Shown piece by piece: positions 34,731-45,500 of a stretch of 64,000 bases of DNA. Location: positions 9,823-73,822 of IMG/VR virus record IMGVR_UViG_2574180442_000002, one strand, 5' to 3'. Below the pieces are notes generated by a model. That model saw nothing but the letters and a program-made list of their open reading frames with translations. It ran no database searches and had not been told where the DNA came from. Origin of the DNA: a virus. The translations under genes and the position numbers were made by a program. Every line of letters begins with the position of its first letter. The stretch's first letter is position 1.

Positions 34731-37700
34731 ATGAGCGATTCCACCTTTCTCCACATCGAGAATGCCGCGCACGGCGGGGCCTTCGGGAACAACACGATTC
34801 CCGAACCCACCGAGGCGCAGTGCATCGCAGGCAACTACAAGGTGGGCCGGGCCAATCTCTACGGCCTGCCCCTCGCCATCGAACAGCCGCGAGGCAGCTA
34901 TCGCACGGGCATTGACGCCAAGACCGGCAAGCGGTGGGCAAGCCGCATGGCAGCCCACTACGGCTACATCAGCGGCACGAAAGGCGCCGACGACGACGCC
35001 GTGGATTGTTTCATCGGCTTCTACCCGCAAAGCGAGACGGCCTACGTCATCAACCAGAACGTGGGCGGCCGCTTCGACGAACACAAGGTAATGCTCGCCT
35101 TCCCCGACGAGGACACGGCCCGCCGGGCCTACCAGGACAGCTACGAGCGCGGCTGGAAGGGCCTCGCCAGCCTGGTGCCAGCCTCGATTTCTCAACTCAA
35201 GTGGTGGCTCAAGAACGGCGACCTGCGCCGCCCGCTCCGCGCCGACAACCTCCCTCATGAAGGACTGGAAACCATGACCCGAAAAGTTCAGTGGAACAGC
35301 GACGCGCTGCCCTATGACAACACCCTCGATCACGTCCTGTACGAAATCCGCTGCGCGGACGCTGGCGAGGGCCTGCTGATGGATGCCGTGACGGCCCAGG
35401 AAATCACCGAGGACGCGGAGGGCCTGCTGGCCTTCGACGCGCTGGTGTCGCCCTATGCGAAGCTGGAGCGCAAGATGGAGCTGCTGCGCGGCGTCATGGA
35501 GCGCGCCGGGGACAAGGTGAAGCCCGTCGCCATGCAGATCACGGAACCGTTCAAGCAGCGCGGCGTCGCCAACGTGGCGGCCATCTTCGAGCTGTCCGAC
35601 GGCCAGACCGTCTCCATCTTCTTCCACAACCCGGACGTGACGCCCGGCAAGATGGCGCCCACCGACGAGGTGATTTCGTGGAAGTGGCTGCTCAACAAGA
35701 AGGACATCACCATCGTGGTGGCACCCGAGCGCGGCGCCGACCTGAACATCCGTGAGGTGGCGCGGCGCATCATGCGCCTGGCCGAGAAGAATAGCCCCGC
35801 CTTCCAGCGGCTCAACGCGAAGCGCGCCGAGCGCATGGGCGCCATCCAGGGCCTGAAGGACGAAATCGCCGGACTGGAGGCCGAACTGGCTGCCGCCCAG
35901 CACGAGCTGGAAGTGGCGAAGGTCGATGCCGAGGACGCCCAGAACAAGAAGAACCGCGCCTACGCCGACGCGGTGCAGCAGGTCAGTACCTTGCAGGACG
36001 CCTACCTGCGCGCCACCCAGAACGGCGGCACCGACCCCAAGACGGGGCAGACCAAGGAGGCCCTGGCTGCCCAGATCGACAACCAAGCGGTCGAGGTACA
36101 GCGCCTGCGCGACATCGCCAACGGAGTGACGCCGGCGGCGCCCGCTACCGAGGATGGGCCGCACTATTCAGAGCAGACCCTGAAGGCCCTGGTCGATTCC
36201 TACGGCTGGGAAGACACGGGCAATGACAGCGTGGTCAAGGCGTTCCCTGGCGTTGGCCCGCTGGGCGGCCAGATGGTGCCGGACGGCACGCGGAAGATTT
36301 ACGCCGGCTACCGTTTCGACGAGCGCAAGCGGTACATCGCGGCGATCTTCGGCGACGACCAGCTTTTCGACATCGACGGCCGCGACCGCGAGCCGGCCGA
36401 CGTGGCGCGCGAACTGAACGAGCGCGTCGAGGCGTGGGTGGCGGAGCGCCAGGCCGCCAACGGCTATGCGAATCCGGCTCCGGCTGCCGCCCCTGCCGCC
36501 GTCGTGCCCGACCTGAGCTACCGCCGCAGCGCCGACGGGCTTTTCACCACGTTCTTGCCCAACACCCCGGAGGGTGAAAAGGCGTGGCGCACCATGAACG
36601 CTACCCAGGGCAGCGAGGGCGGCAAGATTCTGGCGGCTCACACCGAGGCCGTCATCCAGCAAATCCGCGACGCCGGCTACACCGTTGCCGAGGACGCCAG
36701 CGGCCCGACCACGGACGAGGAAGCCGACGCCCTGGCGGCTGCGCTGGAAGAGCCGCCGCAACCCGACGAACAGGCACTGATCGACGCCTATTTCAAGTCG
36801 TGGGGTGAGGAAGCGGCGCAGATCAACGCCGCCGTGGCCGCGATCAACTGGGATGGCATCACTGACACGGCCAGCGCCGCCGCCGAAATGCAGAAGCTGC
36901 GCGACGCGGCGAACAGCGACCGCCCCATCGTGAAGGCCCGCGACGCCCTGGAGGCCGTTGGCATCAAGTCCTGGGACGACCGCTTGGCGAGTGTCACTGA
37001 CAGCCCCGGATTCAAGGCCCAGGGCGACGCGATGGACGCCTATCGCGCGGCCACGGACAAGATTCAGGCCATCGCCAAGGAAAAGCTGATCGAGGCCGGC
37101 AAGGCCGAGCTGGCGGCTCTGCCCGAGGGTGCTCCGCTGGCGGACGTAGCGCGCGCCGTGTTCCGCAAGAACGGCATCGACATCGGCCAGCGCGGCGAGG
37201 GTTGGGTGGCCCGTGTCGTGCAGCAGATCGAGGCGAAGGACGCCGACGGCCTGCGCGAAATCCTGGCTGGCGTCGGCAGCGACAGCAACAAGGCCAGCAT
37301 GGAGATTTTCGAGCGCGCCACCGGCGTGAAGTTGGCGAAGACCCAGCGCGAGCGCGGCCGGCAGATCGACGAGTGGGCGGGCATCACCCCGGAGAAGCGC
37401 TCCGAGATGGACGCCGCGAAGGATGCGGCTTGGCTGGTGCGCCAGCGCGAGAGCAAGGTCAAGGACGCCTGGGACGCCCTGAAGGCCATGAACGTGCGCA
37501 ACAACGGCACCGGCATCGTGTCGGACGGCCAGCAGTACCTGTTGGGCCAGGTGGCCGGCGGCTATGACACGGTGGGTTCCTTCAAGCGCGGCGCGGCAAC
37601 GGTCTATGGCCTGGAAAAGGGCACCGACCTAGTGTTCGTGAACAACCGCACCTTCACCAACTTCCTGAAGGCGGCCATCGCCTTCGGCGGACTGCGCCAG

Positions 37701-39560
37701 GCACTGGAGCTGGTGGGCGCGGTCGAACCCAAGGCCGCCGAGGCCCAGGGCGACGCCGACAAGATTGCAGCCGTGGATGCGGCTTACCCGTTCGAGAGCG
37801 CGACAGACGGCTTCAAGCTGTGGCTGCACGAATCCCTGGACAAGGCTGACTACTCGCCGTTCGTCACCGCGAAGGCGATGGACGAGGCGGTGAAGCGCCA
37901 CGGCGCGACCGTCGAATGGGACAAGGCCCTGGCCGCCCTGGATGATGTGGGCCATGCCGTGGCCTCGCTGGAGGCCAGCCTGGCGGTGGTCGAGAACAAC
38001 GCCCCGATCAACCGGGCCGAGGGCGACATCTTGCAGGCCGGCCTCGAAACGGAGACGGCCAAGAGCATCCGTGAAGCTATCGCCACGCTGACCGAGGCCG
38101 ACTACGCCCCCAGCGAGGAAGACATCGGGGGCACCTTCGAGGCCGAAGCCGTCACGCTGGACAGCACCAACGAGCCGCCCGTCAAGGCGCTGCTGGCGTC
38201 GCTGCGTTCGTTCCTGGGGCAGCAGGCCGCGCTGGACGCGGTGCCGTCCCTGGATGGCACCGAGCACGTCGGCACGATCAAGCTGGCCGGCGAGGTCATC
38301 GGCCGCATCGACATTGCCGACGACGGCAAGGCGATGGTGTATGTCGGCGCCACCGGCGACGCGCGCGTGGTGTTTCCGTCGGGCACGCGCGCGATGTATT
38401 CGGACGACGACGCGGTGCTGATGGTCGATGCGCTGTTCTCCATGCGCGATGCCGCCGCGCCCGCGCCGGCGGTTCCTTACGCCGGCAACGACCCGGAAGC
38501 GCCGGGCATCTACAAGCGCGACGCCGGGTATCTGGCCGTGAAGCAGGCTGCCTCGATTCTCGGGGTGGCCGTGCAGGACGCCGAGGTGGATGCAAACCTG
38601 GTCATCAACACCAGCATCGCCTATGGCGGCAAGAGCCTGAAGGTCGAGATTTCGCCCCACGGCTGGGTCAATGTCGGGGGCGCGCAGATCATGATTGAAC
38701 CGAACGTCACCACGGAATCCACCGCTGCCGACGGCAAGGCCATCGCCGAAGCCGTCAAGACCCAGGCCCAGGCCGAGGTGGCCGCAGCCGAAGGCGACCC
38801 CGCCGGCGGCCGGCCCGAACCTGGTGCCGGTGGCGTCGACGCCGACCTTGTAGCGGCTGCCCTGGCTGCCGTTCAGTCGCGCACGCTGGCGCGGCTGAAC
38901 ATCAAGGGCGGACTGCCTTACTTCATGTTCCCAGTCGATGGGGACGAGGTAATCCTGTCCGACGAGCTGCGCGCCAAGGTCGAGGCCCAGCTCGGCGAGC
39001 CGCTGGTGGAGGCCATTCTTCCCGGCTCGGAAGGTCAAACCACGCTGGTGCCGCAGTCTGCCGCGCCGGCAGCAGTGGCGCCACCCGACGCCCCGCAGGA
39101 CATTCCCGAGCTGATCGCGGCCGGGTTCCGCCGCGTGTTGAACAACGACTATGTGCGCGCGGTGTCGGCTGGAGACAAGAAACTCCAGTTCAACGTCCGG
39201 GTGACGGATGACGGCTTCATCGTGCGCCTCACCGTTGGCTTCAGCGGTGGCATCACGGGCGCGGCTACCGAAATTGGCCGGACGGCCGACGCCGGCGCGG
39301 CTGTTGCTCTGGTGGATGCCGAAGCCGCCAAGCGCGGTGCCGGTGAAAGCCAGTCCGACTCGCAGAAGGACGCCGACCGCGCCCTGTTCCAGTCCGTGAT
39401 AGACGGCACGGTGGCCGACATCCTGGCCCCCGAGCTGGCCGACGACCTGGAGGCCGCCTACACCCGCAACCAGAATGACGCCGAGCTGGTGGCCCTGTTC
39501 GAGCAGGCCGTCACCGCCTACCAGGCCGCCATGATGGCCGCCACCTCCAGCCTCGCGTAA
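34731..39560 (+). CDS. darA: Expanded polyvalent DarA: N-terminal InPase-like domain, DarA_N, inserted domains, DarA_C
   Basis: AGNYKVGR...IEQPRG..R.G...HYGYISGTKGADDDAVDCF...FDEHKVML (InPase-like); FELSDGQTVSIFFH...WKWLLNKKDIT (DarA_N); C-terminal ADRALFQSV...LFEQAV.AY (DarA_C); precedes darB. Confidence 0.8.
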   Translation: MSDSTFLHIENAAHGGAFGNNTIPEPTEAQCIAGNYKVGRANLYGLPLAIEQPRGSYRTGIDAKTGKRWASRMAAHYGYISGTKGADDDAVDCFIGFYPQSETAYVINQNVGGRFDEHKVMLAFPDEDTARRAYQDSYERGWKGLASLVPASISQLKWWLKNGDLRRPLRADNLPHEGLETMTRKVQWNSDALPYDNTLDHVLYEIRCADAGEGLLMDAVTAQEITEDAEGLLAFDALVSPYAKLERKMELLRGVMERAGDKVKPVAMQITEPFKQRGVANVAAIFELSDGQTVSIFFHNPDVTPGKMAPTDEVISWKWLLNKKDITIVVAPERGADLNIREVARRIMRLAEKNSPAFQRLNAKRAERMGAIQGLKDEIAGLEAELAAAQHELEVAKVDAEDAQNKKNRAYADAVQQVSTLQDAYLRATQNGGTDPKTGQTKEALAAQIDNQAVEVQRLRDIANGVTPAAPATEDGPHYSEQTLKALVDSYGWEDTGNDSVVKAFPGVGPLGGQMVPDGTRKIYAGYRFDERKRYIAAIFGDDQLFDIDGRDREPADVARELNERVEAWVAERQAANGYANPAPAAAPAAVVPDLSYRRSADGLFTTFLPNTPEGEKAWRTMNATQGSEGGKILAAHTEAVIQQIRDAGYTVAEDASGPTTDEEADALAAALEEPPQPDEQALIDAYFKSWGEEAAQINAAVAAINWDGITDTASAAAEMQKLRDAANSDRPIVKARDALEAVGIKSWDDRLASVTDSPGFKAQGDAMDAYRAATDKIQAIAKEKLIEAGKAELAALPEGAPLADVARAVFRKNGIDIGQRGEGWVARVVQQIEAKDADGLREILAGVGSDSNKASMEIFERATGVKLAKTQRERGRQIDEWAGITPEKRSEMDAAKDAAWLVRQRESKVKDAWDALKAMNVRNNGTGIVSDGQQYLLGQVAGGYDTVGSFKRGAATVYGLEKGTDLVFVNNRTFTNFLKAAIAFGGLRQALELVGAVEPKAAEAQGDADKIAAVDAAYPFESATDGFKLWLHESLDKADYSPFVTAKAMDEAVKRHGATVEWDKALAALDDVGHAVASLEASLAVVENNAPINRAEGDILQAGLETETAKSIREAIATLTEADYAPSEEDIGGTFEAEAVTLDSTNEPPVKALLASLRSFLGQQAALDAVPSLDGTEHVGTIKLAGEVIGRIDIADDGKAMVYVGATGDARVVFPSGTRAMYSDDDAVLMVDALFSMRDAAAPAPAVPYAGNDPEAPGIYKRDAGYLAVKQAASILGVAVQDAEVDANLVINTSIAYGGKSLKVEISPHGWVNVGGAQIMIEPNVTTESTAADGKAIAEAVKTQAQAEVAAAEGDPAGGRPEPGAGGVDADLVAAALAAVQSRTLARLNIKGGLPYFMFPVDGDEVILSDELRAKVEAQLGEPLVEAILPGSEGQTTLVPQSAAPAAVAPPDAPQDIPELIAAGFRRVLNNDYVRAVSAGDKKLQFNVRVTDDGFIVRLTVGFSGGITGAATEIGRTADAGAAVALVDAEAAKRGAGESQSDSQKDADRALFQSVIDGTVADILAPELADDLEAAYTRNQNDAELVALFEQAVTAYQAAMMAATSSLA

Positions 39561-39574
39561 GGAAAGCGAAGATC

Positions 39575-42500
39575 ATGCAGAACCGTATCTCCCTCGACGA
39601 CGTGGCCGCTGGTGGCGCGCTGGCCCGCCTGAAATTGGTGGGCGAACTGGCCCGCATCAAGGCCGGGCTGAAGGACGCGGGCGACGGCCCGCTGGCCGCC
39701 GTCAAGCGGCTGAAGCTGGTGGCGCGCGCGAACCAGATTCGCGTTGCGCTGGGCGCTGCCGCGCCGCAGCCGAAGGCGACCCCGCCGGCGGCCGGCCCGA
39801 ACCTGGTGCCGGTGGCGACGACGCCGACCGAGCCGCAACCCCAGGGCGAGGACGAACCGCAGGCTCCACGCAACCAAACCGCGCAGTATTACGAGTTCGA
39901 CCCGAACCGCAAACCCGCACAGCGCAAGAAGGACAATGCCGCCGCGATGGCGCTGCTGAAGCGCATCGACGCCGGCGAGGTCGATGCTGCCCGGCTGTCT
40001 CCCGAGGAAAAGCTGACGCTGGCGAAGTATTCCGGCACCGGCGGCGCGCTGATCGGGGCCGACGGCAAGAAGGGCAGCGCCTACGAGTATTACACCCCCA
40101 AGCCCATCGCAGAGGGTATTTGGGGCTTGATGGCCGAATTGGGCTTTGCCGGCGGAAAGGTGCTCGACCCGTGCGCCGGCGTCGGCATCTTCGGCGCCAC
40201 CGCGCCGCTGAACGCGGCCATCGACGCCGTGGAGCTGAACGAAACCTCCGGCCGCATCAACGGCCTGGTGAATGCCGGCCCTGGCTACACCGCCACCGTG
40301 GCGCCCTTCGAGCGCGTGGCCGCTGCTACGCCCGACGAGCAGTACGACGCCGTTGTCACGAACGTGCCGTTCGGCGGCGTTGCCGACCGGGGCGGAAACC
40401 AACTGCTGGACGGACGATACCAGAAGGAGCCGCTGCAAAACTACTTCATCCTGCGCACGCTGGAGAAGCTGAAGCCGGGCGGCCTGGCCGTGTTCATCAC
40501 GCCGCCGCGCTGCGTCTCCGGCAAGGGCGGCAAGGAGGAAGAGCTGCGCGTCAAGGCCAGCTACATGGCCGAGTTCCTGGGCGCCTACCGCCTGCCGAAC
40601 TCGGTGTTCGGCACGGCCAGCGCCGACACCATGACCGACGTGATCGCTTTCCGCAAGTATGGCCGGGAGGCGCTGGACAAGATCGCCGAGCTGCGCGAAC
40701 AGTCGCCCAAGGCCCTGATCGACGCCAACGCGCAGTGGCAGCCCTTCGTCGAGGGGCGCTACTTCGATGGCGAAGGTAAGCGGTTCATCCTGGGCGAGTT
40801 CGTGCCCAAAGACCCCAACAAGTTCCGTGACGTTGATCGCGTGACGACTACCCAACCCATCGCCGAAATCGCCCGGATGCTGAAGAAGTTTCCCGGCTCC
40901 CGCGTGGATTGGGACATGCTGGGCACGGTCGAAACCACGCCCATCACCTACCGCGACGGCGACACCATCACCCAGGCCGGCCAGACCCTGCAAATGCAGG
41001 ATGGCCGCTGGGTGCCGATGGCGAGCGGCGAGGACAGCGCCAGCATGGCCGAGCTGGTGGGCAAGCTGACGACGCCCTACGCGGCCTTCGAGGGCCGCAT
41101 CCAGTGGGCCGACGCCGAGCGGTGCGTCGATTACATGATTGAAACCTCGCAGTCGCTTGACATTCCCGACTGGCTGCGCGGTGCGATGACCGAAATTCGG
41201 CACCTGAAGGACGAAGGCGACCGCGCCCAGTTCTGGAATGCCGGCGTGGTCGGTATGGCCGCCGCGCAGGTGCTGCAAGAGCGCCTGGGCGAGGAAACCG
41301 GGGTGAACTTCGCCGAGGAATACCCGGCGCTGACCGACGCCATGCAGCGCGTCTCCACCACGGCGAAGAAGCGCCCGGCGGCGCTCGGGGGCAAGCTGCG
41401 CGATGGCCTGGTGCTGATCGGCAACCATTACCAGAAGAAGACGGGGCTTTCCGCTGTCTGGCGCGGCGACGTGCAGCAGCAGGCCCCGACGGTCGAAATC
41501 ACGGCCGACGCCAGTTTCGAGGGCCTGCGCTACAAGACGAAATCCGCCTGGGTGAGCCTGGAGGACGCCAAGGGCATCTACGGCGATGGCTTCGACCCCT
41601 ACGCAGACCCGACCTGGTGCCTGTCGCCGGACGGCAAGAGCGTCACGCGCGCCGACGACTACTACGTGGGCAACTACGCCGAGTTCCTGCGGCGCGTGGA
41701 TGCGGACATTGCCAGCGCGGCCAGCGACGACATCCGGGCCAAGCTGTTGCGCCAGAAGCTCGACGCCGGCGCGCGCATCGACAAGGTGGATGTGTCGAAG
41801 CTGACCTTCAACCTGTTCAGCCCGCATGTCACCCTGGAGGAAAAGGCCGAGTTCCTGCGCCGGTTCGTGCATCCGTCGGCCGCCGTCATCTACGACGAGC
41901 GCACGGGCGAGAAGCGCGTGGACATCGACGTGCCGGGCAGCAACCTGACCGACCGCGAGAAGCTGCTGAACCGCATCGGCGACTACCTGAAGAATGGCAC
42001 GATCACACTGGGCGGCGTGAAGCTGGGCATGGACGACGCCAAGGCGCTTCAAGAGCTGCGCCGGATGGTGAATACCGCCAACGAGCAGTTCAACGGCTGG
42101 GTGCGCGGCAATCGCCCCATCGTCGCGCGTCTGGAGGCGGTGGCGGCCGACCCTGCGAAGCTGCGTTTCCGCCAGGTCGAGGATGAGGCACCCATGCCCA
42201 TCCCCGGCATGAACGACGGCCTGACGCTGCACGGCTACCAGAACGCCTACGTGCGCAAGACCAGCCGCGAGTTCGGCGGCATCAACGGCTTCGGCGTGGG
42301 CCTGGGCAAGACCTTCACGGCGCTGGCGGCCACCCAGTACGCCCAGAGCATCGGCGTCAAGTCCAAGACCTTTTTCGTGGTGCCCAATTCGGTGCTGTCG
42401 AACTGGCGCAAGGAAGCTGCCCGCGCCTACGCGAGCACGGACGATTGCCTGTTCGTGGGTCTGCGCGTGGGCAAGGATGGCAAGGCCACCATCAGCGCCA

Positions 42501-45500
42501 CCAACTTCGACGCCGACCTGACGGCCGTGATGGAGAACCGGCACAGCAAGGTGTTCATGACGCTGGAAGCCTTCGAGCGCATCCGTTTGCGCGACGAAAC
42601 CATCGGCGCCTACGAGGCGTTCATGCGCCAGGCGGACGCCAGTTTCGCCGAGAGCATGGACAAGAAGGAGGACGAGCGGGCCAAGAGCAAGCAGGCCGGC
42701 CTGCTGTCCGTGTTGTCCAACAAGCGCGGCGGCGCGCCGTACCTGGAGGACATGGGCGTCGATAGCATCGTTTTCGACGAGGGGCACGTCTTCAAGAACT
42801 CCGCCCAGACGGTGGATTTCAAGGGTGCCAAGTTCCTGTCCCTGTCGCCGGCATCCCGGCGCGGCATCGACGCCCAGGCCAAGGCGTGGTTCATCCGGGG
42901 CAAGTCCGAGCTGAAAGACGGCGTGATGGTGCTGACCGCCACGCCAATCACCAATAGCCCGCTGGAAATCTACGCGATGCTGTCGCTGGCCGTCGGCCAT
43001 GAGCGCGTGAATGACGTTTGCCTGGGCATCCGTGGTGCCGACGACTTCATGGAGATGATGTGCGCCAAGGAGAACCAGGACGACGTGACGATGGACGGCG
43101 TGGCGCGCGCCACGGACGTGTTCGTCGGCCTGAACAACGTCGGCGTGCTGCGCAAGGCCATCGGCGAGGTGGCGACGATCAAGAGCGCCGAGGACGTGGG
43201 CGAGCAGATCGCGGTGCCCGACCGCGAGGAAAAGGCCGCGCCCGTGGTGCTGCCGCCCGACGTGGTGGAGCGCCTGAAGCTCTACAAGAGCGCGTTCCGC
43301 TACGCCATCGACGAGATTTCGGAGAAGTCGCCGAACCGTGGCGACCCGGAAGCCTACGCGCAGGTGGCGCAGCACTTCGGCGAGGAACTGAACCTCATCG
43401 GGCACCCGTTCAACCTCATCAACAAGATGACGCTGCTGATCGCCGACCCCGAACTCGACCAGCGCGCCACCTTCTACAGCTACCTTCCCACCCAGGCCGA
43501 CAAGGCCAAGGCGGCCATTGAGCAGTTCAACGCCCGGAAATTCACCGAAGAACGCCCCAGGCCCAGCCCCATGACCGACGAAACGGCCATCGTCGGCCAC
43601 AAGACGGTCAAGGATTCCGGCGGCAACGAAACCGAGTTGCTGAAGATCGAGGTTCGCGCCAAGGCCATCGACGGCAGCCGCGTGGTGCTCGACACCATCA
43701 ACCCGGATGTGCAGAGCGCGTTCGAGGCCATCGCGGAGAAGCTGGGCCTTGATCTGGACGTGTCCGTGCCGCCGAAGCTGGCCGCCATGCTCGAAAACTT
43801 TCAGCATGAGCAGGCCAGCCCGCGCGGCATCGACGCCGACGGCCAGCGTTCGCCCATCGTCAAGCAGATCGTGTTCTGCGACATCCTGCCGCTGCACAAC
43901 AAGATCAAGCGCCTGCTGACCCGTCGCGCCGGCGTACCGTCGTCCGCCATCGCCATCATCACGGGCCGCACCAACAACACGCCCGACGAAATCCTGGCCG
44001 TGCAGGATGGGTTCAACGGCACCGGCGAGGACAACAAGTACCAGACCGTCATCGCCAACGAGAAGGCCGAGGTGGGCATCAACCTCCAGAAGGGAACCCA
44101 GGCCATCCATCATCTGACCATCGGCTGGACGCCGGACAGCCTGGAGCAGCGCAACGGGCGCGGCGTGCGCCAGGGCAACCTGACCGCGCGCGTGAGCGTC
44201 TACTACTACGACGCCGACGGCACTTTCGACACCAGCAAGCGGGCGATGGTGAACAAGAAGGCCGATTGGATTGGGCAGGTCATGGACGTGAACGGCTCCG
44301 ACAGCGTGGCCGTCACCGGCGGCCTGTCCAAGGAGCAGATGGAGGCCCTGATTGACGTGGTGGGCGACGCCGACGCCATGCGCCGGATGCAGGACACCAT
44401 CGCCGCCAAGGAGGCCGCCGCGCGCGCGTCGAGCAACCGCGACCGGCAGATGATTAACCTGGACACGATTCGCAAGCAAAACGCCTTCCTGAACGACAAC
44501 CAGACGGCGGCCAGCTTCGTCATCCGCAAGATCATCGGCCTGTGGGGGCTGGAGAAGCAGGCCGAGAAGCTGCGCGACCGCATCAGCAATCCGAAGGCCA
44601 CGGCAACCGCCGTCGCCAAGAACGAAAGCCTGCTGGCCGAGCTGATGGCGAGCGTCGGCGGCCTGCGCCGGCAGATCGAGCAGTCCGCAACCCTGTTCCG
44701 CACGGAATGGCGCGCCGGCGGCTCGACCTCGGAGCCGGCCACCTTGGACAGCTTCTTTGCCGCAGTGCGCGGCGGGAAGAAGCAGAAGGACGACGACATC
44801 GAATCCATGCTGTTGGGCCGGTCGTATCCGTCCTTCGGGCTGAACGTCATCGAGGGCGGCCCCATCGGCAACGAATGGCAGGCCGAGGTGGATATGGCCC
44901 GGTCGATGATCGACGAGGCCAAGGCCGCGTTCGCGCGTCAAGCCGGGGAGTCCGGCGGCTACCCGGCCGGCGTGGCTGATGCCATCGCGCGCGGCGAGGG
45001 AATCATCTACAACGGTAAGCCGCTCATCCACGGAACCTTCGTGCGCGTGCCCGACGGCTTGGCGGTGCTGAAACTGGAAAGCAGCCGTCCTGGCGCCTTC
45101 GGCCGCAGCCTTGACGGCACCCCGCTGGCCGCGAACACGGCCGCCGTCATGGCCGGCGAGTGGTTCTACCAGGGCACGGCCGGCTACGACGCCTGCCTGA
45201 CGGACGCGGCCCAGATCGAGGACACCATCAACGCCTCTGGCACCGTCGAAAACGGCTTCAACTCGGTAGTGCCCGAGGTGGCGCAGCGCCGCAAGGTGGA
45301 AGCCCTGGCGGCATACAGCACCCACGATTACCGGCTGCCGCAGCCGCATTTCCCCTTCGCTATCTCGCCGGCGGACGCGGACAAGTCCGAAGTGAAGCGC
45401 CGCATCTTCGATGCCCAGAAGGCCATCATCCGGTCGTTCGACGATGGGAAGTTTGTGGTGCCCAGCGACACGCCGGTGACGCGCCGAGCCAGCAACGAGG

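Noticed and set aside
40361-40375. NVPF instead of NPPY in the DarB methyltransferase as a sign of inactivation
   Set aside because: NVPF is common in SNF2-fused methyltransferases of this type.
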